Assembly: GCA_963841435.1 (NCBI GenBank)
Contig: CAWJCS010000002.1
Coordinates: 32,001-96,000 of the forward strand
Direction of reading: 5' to 3'
DNA length: 64,000 nucleotides
Source of the DNA: an uncultured delta proteobacterium
Lineage (GTDB): Bacteria; Myxococcota_A; Polyangia; Polyangiales; Polyangiaceae
This document shows positions 39,046-49,053 of this stretch, in pieces. Positions within the stretch are counted from its first letter, which is position 1, and each line of letters starts with the position of its first letter. The notes beneath the pieces are model-generated. The model was not told where the DNA came from. It searched no databases and saw nothing but the letters and a program-made list of their open reading frames with translations. Position numbers and translations under genes: made by a program.

Positions 39046-40327
39046 TCAGGGCAGCGGATTGTCGAGCACGCAGTCCGGCAGCGAGCCGTAGTCCTCGACG
39101 GTTCCGAAATCGACGACGTCGAAGTCGCTCACCTCGATGCCCCTGAGAATCGTGGGAGCCGAGCACGTTGCCCCACTTGGCCGTCGTGTAGCCGTCTCGC
39201 TCGGCCGTGAGCGCGATGTTCCCACCGTCCGAGAGCAGCATGCCGTACTGCTTGAGCGCCCGCACCACGACCTTGCCGCCCTCGGAAGGGATCGCGCTTT
39301 CGTCGAAGGAGTCCTTGAGGCGCAGGCGGATGCCGTAGGGCGGCGCGTCCGGGTTCGAGCTCGACGGACCACCGATGTGCGTGGCAGGAGCCACGAGCGC
39401 GTTGCGACGCATGGAGGAGTTCGGCAGGATGAAGCGCAGCGCGTGGTCGATGCGGCCGAGCGTGACCACCTCCTCGACGCGAATGAGACCCTGCGTGATG
39501 GGAAAGCCGGCGGCGTCCGCGCTGGTGCAAGAGATGCCGCGGTTCGCGGTCGGCGAGTAGAGCCGCGACAGATCCCAGACGGCAACCTCTTCGGCCTCCC
39601 AGCTCGTCGAAGAGACTTCGTTGGCGGCGTAGAGCTCGAAGAGCAAGCCGTCGTCCCGCTGGATCACGAGGTAGTGGCAGTCGCCGCCACTCGTGCACTC
39701 GTAGCCGGACTCGCCTTCCACGGAACCGCCCGGCACGACGGGGACCGGACGGTCGTCGCTCTCGTCGGCGTAGCCCGGATCGACCATGACCGTCGGCGTG
39801 CTCGAATCGGCTTCGAACACGTCGAAGTCGAACGTGATGTCGAAGTTGTCGCCGTTGCCCCAGCTGCCGAGCGCGCTCAAGATTGCGTCCGACTCGGGGG
39901 CAGGCGCGAGGTCGGACACGTCTTTGCAGAAGTAGAAGCCGTCCGGGAACAGACAGCCGGCGCTCGTGGCCGCGCTGCCCGCGGAACCGCCGCTGCCCGA
40001 GGCGCCGCCCTTGCCGGAAGCGCCGCCGGTGCCGGATGAGCCACCCGTACCGGATGAGCCACCCGTACCGGATGAGCCACCCGTACCGGATGAGCCGCCC
40101 GTGGTTCCTGCGCCTCCCGTGGTTCCTGCTGTGCCTCCGCTGCCGGCACCGCCCTTCGAGCCCCCGGTGCCCCCTCCGCCGCCCTTCCCGCCCGAGCCAC
40201 CGCTGCCGGCGGCGCCGCCGGTCGATGGTGCGCCGTTCGACGTGTCGGAGTCGGTGCCACAGGCGACGAGAAGGAAGCCGAGCGCGACCGACGATGCGAA
40301 CGCGACGAGCGCGGACGAGTGGAGCAT
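39046..40327 (-). CDS. Lipoprotein with Gly-rich linker and uncharacterised conserved domain (frameshift ~39148)
   Basis: LVAC lipobox; GGDCH, TSADAAGFPI, IDHALRF, ALKQYGMLLSDGG. Confidence 0.75.
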
Positions 40328-40604
40328 GATTCAATCTTAGGGTGCGTTGCACGGTGAGGTCAAAGCGGGCTCATCCAGAACACCCTACACGTCGGGCGAG
40401 CCGGTCCGGGCCGTGCAAGAGCAGCTCGAGGCTTCGGCCCGGGCGCCCGACGAGCCCGCGGAGCGCCCGGTAGAGCGCCCCTGACCGAGGTCGTGCGGTA
40501 AGCGCCGAGCGAACGTCATTCTTCGTTCCAATCCGGCCCCACTCGCGACAAACGCGCTAGAGCCAGGGTGGGGCTCGACCAGCTCCGAAGGAAATCCGAG
40601 ATTG

Positions 40605-42858
40605 ATGAGAAGTTGGAGCTACGTCGCAGGCATCGCCTTCAGCGCCACGACCTACATGGTCGCATGCGGCACCGATAAGGCCGGAGGCTCCACCGGCGGC
40701 GCCGGAGGGACGGCCCCTTCCGGAGGGAATTTTTCGGGCGGCAGTGGGGGCACCGGCGGCAACGCGTCAGGCGGCTCGAGCGGGGCAGCGGGTGGTGCGG
40801 GCAGCGGCGGGACCAGCTCGCCTGGTGGGGCGTCAACGGGCGGGACGACGGGCGGCGCTGGGTCGGGCTCGGGCGGTGCTGCCGTAGGTGGCGCGTCTGC
40901 GACCGGCGGGACTTCGGCCACAGGGGGCAGCGCGGGTATGCCGGGCCCCGTCGTCGAACAAGCCCAGCACGGACTCGACCTGGAGCGACGGCCTGACGAC
41001 CGGTGCCAACGGGCCGATTCCGTGGATCGTCGTCGATCAATTCGGGTACCGCACGAACGACCAGAAAGTCGCCGTCATTCGTTCTCCCCAAACTGGCTAC
41101 GACAGCAACGCGCCCTTCACCCCCGGCACGCACTACGCCGTCGTGAGCAAGTCGAGCGGGCAACCGGTCAAGGAGGGCGCACCGGCCGCGTGGAACGGCG
41201 GCGGCACCGATGCCGCGTCAGGCGACAAGGTGTGGTGGTTCGACTTCAGCGACGTGACCACTCCAGGCACGTACACGCTCGTCAACACCGAGAAGAACGT
41301 GCGATCGGTGGAGTTCGAAATCGACGACGCCGTTTACCGCAGCGTCCTGAAACACGCCGTGCGGATGTACTTCTACCAACGCGCCGGTTTCGCAAAGACG
41401 GCAGCCTTCGCGGGCGCCGACTGGACGGACGGCGCGAGCCACTTGGGCACGGGCCAGGATTCCCAAGCGCACGCGTGGACGGCCAAGACGGACGAAAGCC
41501 TCGTCCGCGACCTTCGCGGCGGGTGGTACGACGCCGGTGATTCCAACCGCTACACGGCCTGGGCGTCGGGCACCGCGCTAACGCTCCTGCACGCGTTCGA
41601 GGAGAACCCGTCGGCGTTCGGCGACGACTTCGGCATTCCCGAATCCGGCAACGGCATTCCGGACCTGCTCGACGAGGTGAAGTACGCCATCGACTGGGTC
41701 GTGCGCATGCAGAACGCCGACGGCTCGCTTTTCTGCATCCTCGGCTCGGACGGAGCGAGCCCTCCGTCAGCCACAACCGGACCGAGCTACTACGGCCCGC
41801 CGACCACCAACGCCAGCCTGATGGCTGCAGCGCTGTTTGCCTACGCCAGCAAGATCTACGGCGCGCGATCCGAATCGAGCTTGAAGACCTTTGCCTCGGA
41901 CCTCGCGTCGCGAGCCTCCAAAGCGTGGACGTGGGCGGCCGCGAACCCGAACGCTGCTTATCACAACAACGACGACAGCAAGCAGGCCGGCTCGAGTGGA
42001 CTCGGAGCCGGAGACCAGGAAGTGGACGACGCAGGTCGTCTGTTTTCGAAGTTCCAGGCGGCCACCTACCTCTACGAGCTGACGGGAGACGCCGCCTATC
42101 GAACTTTCGCGGAGGAGAACTGGAACAGCATCCTCGGCCCCGGCAGCCCAACCGAATGGGACATGGAACGTGCGGATGCAGCCGTGCACTTTTCCCAACT
42201 CGACGGCGTGACCGGCAGCGTCGCGTCCGCGATCCTCAGCCAGGTAACGACCAACGTTGCGAACCAAATGGGCAACGTCACGAGCGAAAAGGACCCCTAC
42301 CGCGCCTACCTCAGTCAGTACACGTGGGGCAGCAACCAGATCAAGCTGGCGCAGGCTCGTCTCTTCCAACACCTCGCGAAGTACGGAGCCAGTGGCAACT
42401 CGGGGACGGCGGCCGCGGCGGCCGAGGATTACGTCCACTACGTGCACGGCGTGAATCCCCTTGGGCTCGTCTACCTCACCAACATGCAACGCGCGGGAGC
42501 CGAGCACTCCGCCAAGACCATCGCGCACCTCTGGTTCGCCGATAAGTCGCCGCTGTGGGACGAAACCACGGCGACGACTCCGGGCCCCGCGCCCGGTTAC
42601 CTGTCGGGGGGCCCCAATACCGGCTTTGCGCCTGACAGCTGTTGTACGGCCCCGGCCGGTGACCCCGCCTACCAATGCTACGGCTCCGCCGACTTCGCCC
42701 TTTGCAGTCAGAGCTGGTCGCCGCCCATGGGGCAGCCGCCACAGAAGTCGTACCTCGAATACAACGGAGGCTGGCCCGTTGGGTCGTGGCCCATCACCGA
42801 ACCCAGCACTGGCTATCAGGCGAAGTACGTCCTCGTCGTGTCGGCGCTGGCTCGCTAG
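40605..42858 (+). CDS. GH9 glycoside hydrolase lipoprotein with N-terminal Ig-like domain (frameshift ~40945)
   Basis: MVAC lipobox, Gly linker, VDQFGY, FYQRAG, GGWYDAGD, HGVNP, ITEP. Confidence 0.88.
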
Positions 42859-42959
42859 TGCCAGACCCGCAGCCGGCAGTGGGGTCTTGGGCCCCAGCAA
42901 AGAACCACGACGAGCGCCGGGCCTGGCCACCGCGCCCGGCGGCGCTATCCTCTTCTGCC

Positions 42960-43322
42960 ATGACCGATGAGCGCCCGTCCCTTCCGCCTTCTCTGTCTCC
43001 GCGCAGCCGTCTGCTGCGAGCTGCCGTGGCTGGTCTGATCTCGGGGAGCATGGCGGCCTGCTCGTCGTCGTCGTCCGCGACTCCGGAGCAGCAGCCCAAG
43101 CAGGGGACGATCACCTCGACCGAGTACGTCGGGGCGCTCAGTGCCGAGGAGTTTCAGGCGATGTGCGACGAGGCCGGAGGCACCGTCGAAGCGATCGCCC
43201 ACTGCGGTGGGCTCGCCACCGCGGCTGGTTTTGCTTACGACTCGGGCGACGGGACCCTCTCCAAGCACACGTGCGCCGCTGCCAACACCTGCGGCGGCTG
43301 GAACTGCATCACCGACGGCTGA
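42960..43322 (+). CDS. Small Cys-rich lipoprotein
   Basis: MAAC lipobox; HCGG...HTCAAANTCGGWNC. Confidence 0.7.
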   Translation: MTDERPSLPPSLSPRSRLLRAAVAGLISGSMAACSSSSSATPEQQPKQGTITSTEYVGALSAEEFQAMCDEAGGTVEAIAHCGGLATAAGFAYDSGDGTLSKHTCAAANTCGGWNCITDG

Positions 43323-43515
43323 CCGACTGCTCGGCTGGGGTTGCGCGCGAGCGGAGCCCATTTTCCGCCTCCGCTGTCAACCTACAGGGAGACTCGCGAA
43401 GACGCTGCCCAAGTGGGCGCATCTGCTCGCCGCCCATGCGCGCGCTTTGCATTCATGCTTCACTCTCGGGCCCGTGGCGAGGTCAGTGGGTTCCTGCGAT
43501 GCTCGGAAGGTCAGG

Positions 43516-45618
43516 GTGATCGGCAGGGGAGCGTGGGTGCTCGGCGCGGCGGCGACGGTGCTCGCGTGCTCGTCAGCCGGCAGCGGTCCCGGCGGGCTCG
43601 GCGAGAACGGTGGAGGCGCGGGCATCGTCGGTCTGGGTGGTAAGAACGGCGCAGGTGCGAACGGGGGGGCGGGCCCGAGTGGAGGCTCGGGTGCGAGCGT
43701 TGCCGTCGGAGGCACCGCTGGGAACGGCGGGACCGCGGGGAGCGCGGGTGAGGACGACACGCCGACTTACTGTGGCGACGGCCTCATCAATCGCGGTGGA
43801 GAGGTCTGTGACGACGGTAATTCGGTGTCCGGTGACGGCTGCACCGCGGAGTGCGACCAGATCGAGGCGAACTACGCCTGTCCGACGCCCGGGATGCCCT
43901 GTGTGAACACGGTCCGATGCGGCGACGGCCGCGTCGCCGGTACCGAAACCTGTGACGATACGACGCAAACGCCCGTGTCCGGTGACGGCTGCGATGAAAG
44001 CTGTCAGCTCGAAGCGGGCTACGTCTGCCCGGTGCCAGGCGCTGCGTGTCGCCCGATTTGCGGCGACGGCCTCGTGCTCGGGCGTGAGCAGTGCGACGAC
44101 GGCGGCGCGACACCCGGCGACGGCTGTGACGAGAATTGCGCGCTCGAGCCCGGCTGGGTTTGCCCGCCGGGCGAGCCGTGCCGTGAAACCGTTTGCGGCG
44201 ACCAAGTGGTCGAAGGCTCCGAGCAATGCGACGACGGCAACGCCCACCCTTACGACGGCTGCGCCCCGGACTGCACGAAGGAGCCGTCGTGCGGCACGAC
44301 CACGGATCCGGTCGGGAAGTGCGTCTCCACGTGCGGAGACGGCATCCTGCTCGCGTCCGACGGCGAGGAATGCGACGACGGCAACGACCTGCCGAACGAC
44401 GGATGCAGTGCCGATTGCAAGCTCGAGCCCGGCTACGAATGCACGACGTTGCTGGACGATCCCCCCGAGCTCATCGACCTGCCGATCGTGATCCGGGACT
44501 TCCACAATGGGGGCAACAACGGCGGACACCCCGATTTCGGCCCGTTCTGCTGCAACGTGCAGACGGGCATCGTCCTTTCGCTACTCGGGGCCGACAGGAA
44601 GCCCGTCTACGCCGGCACGGATACCGCACCGATCGGCATGACGAGCGGAAAGACCAACTTCGACCAATGGTACCGCAACGTCAACGGCGTGAGCCCGACC
44701 GGCACCAACCTGCGCTTCGACCAGACGATCCGGCTGGTTCGCACCGCGAGCGGCACCTACGAGATGAACAGCGCGACCGACATGCCATGGGCGGCCCTCG
44801 ACCCGCCGGGCTTCTTCCCCATCGACGACCTCGGCTTCGGCAACGAGTATCTCTCCCACAACTACTCCTTCACGAGCGAGCTTCGCTACTGGTTCGAGTT
44901 CAAGGGAAACGAGATCTTGAACTTCAGCGGTGACGACAACGTCTGGGTGTTCGTGAACGGCCACCTTGCCGTGGATCTCGGAGGTGTCCACGACCGGCAG
45001 TACGGCACGATCGCGTTCGACGCGCTGGGCCACGGAAAGGCCTGCACCGGCCAAACCTGCACCCCGGCGGGCGACAGCGATTTTGCCATGCAAGTCGGCA
45101 ACATCTACGAGACGGTCGTTTTCCAGGCCGAGCGGCATCCCGGCGACTCCAACTACTGGCTCACACTCACGAACTTCCTTGCCGGCAAGAGCCAGTGCAC
45201 GCCGGTCTGCGGTGACGGAGTCGTCACGCGGGACGAAGCGTGCGACCTCGGCACCGCGAACAACACCGGTGACAACGGCGGCTGCAACCCCGACTGCACG
45301 CTGGCCGTCTACTGCGGCGACGGCCACGTCAACCCGGGCGAGACTTGCGACGACGGCGCGAATACGAGCCTCTACGGCGGGTGCGCGCCCGGTTGCGTGC
45401 CGGGGCCGACCTGCGGCGACGGCGTGGTGCAACCCCCGTTCGAAGAGTGCGACGACGGCGTCAACGACGGCGGCTACCGCGAATGCAACGAGGACTGCCA
45501 GTACGGGGCGCGCTGCGGAGACGGCAAAGTCGAGCCCGGTCTCGAAGAATGTGACGATGGCGCCGACAACGGAAAGGGCAACTGTCGCGCCGACTGCACC
45601 TTGGTCATCGTGCGCTAA
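43516..45618 (+). CDS. Fibro-slime (PA14-like) lipoprotein with Myxococcus Cys-rich (DUF4215) repeats
   Basis: Many CGDG...E.CDDGN repeats; FTSELRYWF, GDDNVWVF, DLGGVH. Confidence 0.92.
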   Translation: MIGRGAWVLGAAATVLACSSAGSGPGGLGENGGGAGIVGLGGKNGAGANGGAGPSGGSGASVAVGGTAGNGGTAGSAGEDDTPTYCGDGLINRGGEVCDDGNSVSGDGCTAECDQIEANYACPTPGMPCVNTVRCGDGRVAGTETCDDTTQTPVSGDGCDESCQLEAGYVCPVPGAACRPICGDGLVLGREQCDDGGATPGDGCDENCALEPGWVCPPGEPCRETVCGDQVVEGSEQCDDGNAHPYDGCAPDCTKEPSCGTTTDPVGKCVSTCGDGILLASDGEECDDGNDLPNDGCSADCKLEPGYECTTLLDDPPELIDLPIVIRDFHNGGNNGGHPDFGPFCCNVQTGIVLSLLGADRKPVYAGTDTAPIGMTSGKTNFDQWYRNVNGVSPTGTNLRFDQTIRLVRTASGTYEMNSATDMPWAALDPPGFFPIDDLGFGNEYLSHNYSFTSELRYWFEFKGNEILNFSGDDNVWVFVNGHLAVDLGGVHDRQYGTIAFDALGHGKACTGQTCTPAGDSDFAMQVGNIYETVVFQAERHPGDSNYWLTLTNFLAGKSQCTPVCGDGVVTRDEACDLGTANNTGDNGGCNPDCTLAVYCGDGHVNPGETCDDGANTSLYGGCAPGCVPGPTCGDGVVQPPFEECDDGVNDGGYRECNEDCQYGARCGDGKVEPGLEECDDGADNGKGNCRADCTLVIVR

Positions 45619-45621
45619 ACG

Positions 45622-46227
45622 TTGGGTTTCGGTCTGGCGGCTCGGTGCGGCCTCGCCCCCGCGGCTGCCGCGGTTCCCAGCCGACCTCGAAAGAGGCATG
45701 ATGTCGGTGTGGGCCAATCCAGCGTGACTGCCGAATCCTTGGGACGGGAGGTCTTCCGGCTCTCCTTCCCGGTGCGGGTTCTGAAGACGTCCGTGGTCGT
45801 CGTGTTCGGCGGGCTCACTACGATGGTGGCAGTCTGGGCCGTGACCGCCCTTTCGACGGCGGAGCTCTGGGCCACCGGCGGCTCGCGACAGTTCTTCGTC
45901 ATGATTTCGATCCTGTTCGCGCTGCTCATCACGGTGGGATCGGGCACCGCGCTGTGGCTGCTCAGCCGGGTTCCCCAGGCGCTCGTGGTACGCGAGCGCG
46001 GTATCGTGCTCGAGCAAGGTGCCAGCACCCGATATGTGTCACTCGAAGAGATCGTCGGCATCGACCAGCAGGTCGAAAGGGACTCGCTGTCCTACGTCGT
46101 CTTGCTCGCCGACGGCAGCCACGCCGCCTTTGGCCTGGGCCAGCGACCCGAGGCGGCCGCGGCGGCCATCGTGAAGCAGGCTGGGCTCCTGTGGGTAAAA
46201 GAGCCGTTCAAGGCGCGGCGAGCCTGA
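45622..46227 (+). CDS. Hypothetical 2-TM membrane protein (start uncertain)
   Basis: Two hydrophobic helices followed by a beta-rich domain. Confidence 0.55.
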   Translation: MGFGLAARCGLAPAAAAVPSRPRKRHDVGVGQSSVTAESLGREVFRLSFPVRVLKTSVVVVFGGLTTMVAVWAVTALSTAELWATGGSRQFFVMISILFALLITVGSGTALWLLSRVPQALVVRERGIVLEQGASTRYVSLEEIVGIDQQVERDSLSYVVLLADGSHAAFGLGQRPEAAAAAIVKQAGLLWVKEPFKARRA

Positions 46228-46394
46228 CATCTCTCGAGCAGGCGAAATTGTGCTCGACCATCCCGAGCCCGCGGGACTTTTCAGCAGAGGTCATGGTGGT
46301 GCGCTCAACCCGCAACGGGTGCAGGGGCATGCATGCTCTGGTGGTGGTGCTCGGCATGGGGGCGCTGGGAGCCGGGTGCGGCGGCTCATGGACC

Positions 46395-46620
46395 AACGTC
46401 CACACCTGGGGAGCCGCTCCCGGCGCTCGTCTTCGGGGGACGCGCGCTCGGGCTGCAGGGCGGACAGTTTCAGAGCGTGACCGCGCCGCACAACGCGCTC
46501 TGGATGACGATCGCGCAAGCGTTCCTCGCGACGGCGGATCCATTGTCCGAATTCCAGGACGAGGTGTTCTTGAAGACGGACGCCAGCCCGATCCCGGGCC
46601 TCTGGCAGCCCGTTGCCTGA
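46395..46620 (+). pseudogene. DUF1552 extreme C-terminal fragment
   Basis: PLPALVFGGRALGLQGGQF...HNALWMTIAQAF. Confidence 0.6.
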
Positions 46621-46764
46621 TCCGGGCGGGGCGGACGGGTAGCGCGCCATCGGTGCGAGGAACTTGAGGCGCCTCGTGACGTTTCGGGGTACGTTCCGCC
46701 ACCACGTCGCGGTCGTTGCCGGGAACGGGAGCAATCCGGCGCCACTGCCCGCGCCGGATCCATC

Positions 46765-47412
46765 ATGACCTCGACCATGCGCCTGTTGCCCCGTGAGCTT
46801 CTGGTTCGGACCGGTCCCGTCGACCACGCCGATTGGAACTACCGCGGCTTGCTCGGCTGGGTACAGATGACGCGTTTCCGGCTAATCCTGAAGTTGATGG
46901 GCGACGACCGCTTCGGGCGCCTTTGCGAGCTTGGCTACGGCAGCGGGGTGTTCATGCCCGAGCTCACCCGCCACGCGGGGACCATCTCCGGGGTGGACAT
47001 CCACGATCGCGTCGCGGACGTGACGCGTGCGCTCGCGAAGGACGGCGTGCCGGCGACGCTCAAGCAAGGCGTGGCCGAGGCAATCCCGTTCGACGACGCT
47101 GCGTTCGACGCCGTGGTCGCCGTCAGCGTGCTCGAGTTCGTGACCGACATGGACAAGACCGCCGACGAGCTCTTGCGCGTGCTTTCGCCCGGCGGCTCGC
47201 TGCTCGTGGTGACGCCTGGAGACTCGCCCCTGGTCGATCTGGGCCTGCGCGTGCTCACCGGAAAGTCGGCCAAGGACGACTTCGGCGATCGCCGAAAGCG
47301 CGTGATCCCGGCCCTTTTGTCGCGGTTTCGCCTCGTGCGCCGGGTGGACTTTCCGCGCCCGACCGTGCCGGGCGTGCGCCTTTACACCGCGCTCCGTCTC
47401 GCCCGCGATTGA
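46765..47412 (+). CDS. Class I SAM-dependent methyltransferase
   Basis: ELGYGSG, GVD, AEAIPFDDAAFD, RVLSPGG. Confidence 0.88.
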   Translation: MTSTMRLLPRELLVRTGPVDHADWNYRGLLGWVQMTRFRLILKLMGDDRFGRLCELGYGSGVFMPELTRHAGTISGVDIHDRVADVTRALAKDGVPATLKQGVAEAIPFDDAAFDAVVAVSVLEFVTDMDKTADELLRVLSPGGSLLVVTPGDSPLVDLGLRVLTGKSAKDDFGDRRKRVIPALLSRFRLVRRVDFPRPTVPGVRLYTALRLARD

Positions 47413-47529
47413 CGCCCGCGGGGTCTTCGCGCGCCGCGCGCAAAGCGCCGCCGGTGCCGCGCCGCGGACACCATTTTTGTGGGCCCCGCGACAGGTAGGC
47501 GCTAGATCCGTACCGCGGGTGGCGCGACC

Positions 47530-49044
47530 ATGAAACCTGGTTCGACAGCTGCGTGGGCGCGGCGCGCATCCATCGCTCTGCTTCTCGCTTTCATCGCCGC
47601 CGCCGTCGGCGCCTCGGCGACTCAGGGTGCGTGGATCGACGAGGGGTACTCGTTCGCGACGACCGCGGGTTCCCTCTCGCGCAGCGCTTCGCTCGCGCTG
47701 AACGTGGAAGCGCAGCCGCCCCTCTACTTCATCCTGCTGGATCTCTGGCGTGGCCTCGACGGGTCGCTATTCTTCGCGCGGCTGCTCTCGGCCGCTCTTG
47801 CGACGGTCGCCATCTGGTCGCTGGCGAGCGGCATCCGGGCCGCTCACCCGCGCACCACGCCCTGGCTCGAGCCCGTGACGCTGGCGTTCATCGCGGCACA
47901 TCCGTTCGTGTTCCTGGCCTCCGCGGAGGCGCGTGGGTACGCGCTGCAGCTCGCACTCGGCAGCCTGCTCACCATGACGCTTCTTCGCGCCTTGGCGAAC
48001 GGGCGAGCCACGCGGCGCCACGTCGCCGCCTTCCTGGTCTTCGGCGTGCTCGGGGCGTACACGCACTACTTCGTTGGGTTGACCGCGGCGGTGCTCGTGA
48101 TCGTGGCGCGAGTGTTCGGCTTGCTCTCGACGCGGGCCCTGTTGGTCATAGCCGGGGCGGCCGGCGTCGCATGCCTGCCACTTCTGCCGTTCCTGCACGC
48201 GCATCTGCAGGTCGTCACGACCAGCACCGACGCGGGCATCCTGCCTGGCGCTCAATCGGTGCTCGAGGTGATCGGCTCGAACATCGTGCCGACCGTGACG
48301 TGGCGCGCGCCCCTGCAGATCGGCCTACTCGTGCTCGTCGCCGCCGTCATCGCGGTCGGGCTCTTCCGTGCGAGGCCGGCGGCCTGGACCAGGGTGTCGA
48401 GACCGGCACGCGCCTTGTTGCTCGCCCTGGGTCTCGCCGCCGTGGTCCTTTACCCACTCGCCGTCGTGGGCGGCGCCTCGGCGGTGCGCGAGCGCTACCT
48501 CGCCTCGCTGTTTCCCGTGAGCTGGGGCGCTCTGATCCTGCTCCTCGACGGCGCGGTGGGCGCGCCCCTCGCTTGCTTGACCGTCGGTGGTCTCGCGCTG
48601 CTTTCGGCAGGGCGCTGCGCCAAGATCGTCACGACGGACAGCCGCTCGGGCGGTTGGAAGACGATGAGCGCCTTCATCCGGAACGCCGATGCCCGCGTCG
48701 TCTACGCGTTCCCGTCGGAAGAAGCGCTCGCCGGTCGTTTGATGCTCGGCGGCGACTACGTCGTGCGCGGGTTGCCCCGAGACTACGATGGCACGCGCAA
48801 GCTTTTGGAGAGCGACTTCGCGCTCGAGCCGCTCGACGCGCTTGCGCACCGCATCGAGGGCGTCGCGGGCACCCGACCCTTCTGGGTCACCCTCTCCAGA
48901 GAGCCCGTCGTCCCCGTGGGCACGCCGGACAACCTGACCCATCTGGAGCGCTTCGTCTCTTCGTGCACCAACGTGCTCGCCGCGCACGAGCTCAGAGACT
49001 CGACGTTGCGCCTCTGCACGCTGCGACCGAGCTGCCGGCATTAG
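47530..49044 (+). CDS. GT-C fold (GT39/ArnT-like) membrane glycosyltransferase
   Basis: WIDE, QPPLYF, EARGYAL, YTHYF; many TMs. Confidence 0.8.
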   Translation: MKPGSTAAWARRASIALLLAFIAAAVGASATQGAWIDEGYSFATTAGSLSRSASLALNVEAQPPLYFILLDLWRGLDGSLFFARLLSAALATVAIWSLASGIRAAHPRTTPWLEPVTLAFIAAHPFVFLASAEARGYALQLALGSLLTMTLLRALANGRATRRHVAAFLVFGVLGAYTHYFVGLTAAVLVIVARVFGLLSTRALLVIAGAAGVACLPLLPFLHAHLQVVTTSTDAGILPGAQSVLEVIGSNIVPTVTWRAPLQIGLLVLVAAVIAVGLFRARPAAWTRVSRPARALLLALGLAAVVLYPLAVVGGASAVRERYLASLFPVSWGALILLLDGAVGAPLACLTVGGLALLSAGRCAKIVTTDSRSGGWKTMSAFIRNADARVVYAFPSEEALAGRLMLGGDYVVRGLPRDYDGTRKLLESDFALEPLDALAHRIEGVAGTRPFWVTLSREPVVPVGTPDNLTHLERFVSSCTNVLAAHELRDSTLRLCTLRPSCRH

Positions 49045-49053
49045 ACAAGGCGC

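Noticed and set aside
40370-40392. GAACACCCTACA as another IS end
   Set aside because: Only a short resemblance to the 8312 end, with no transposase nearby.
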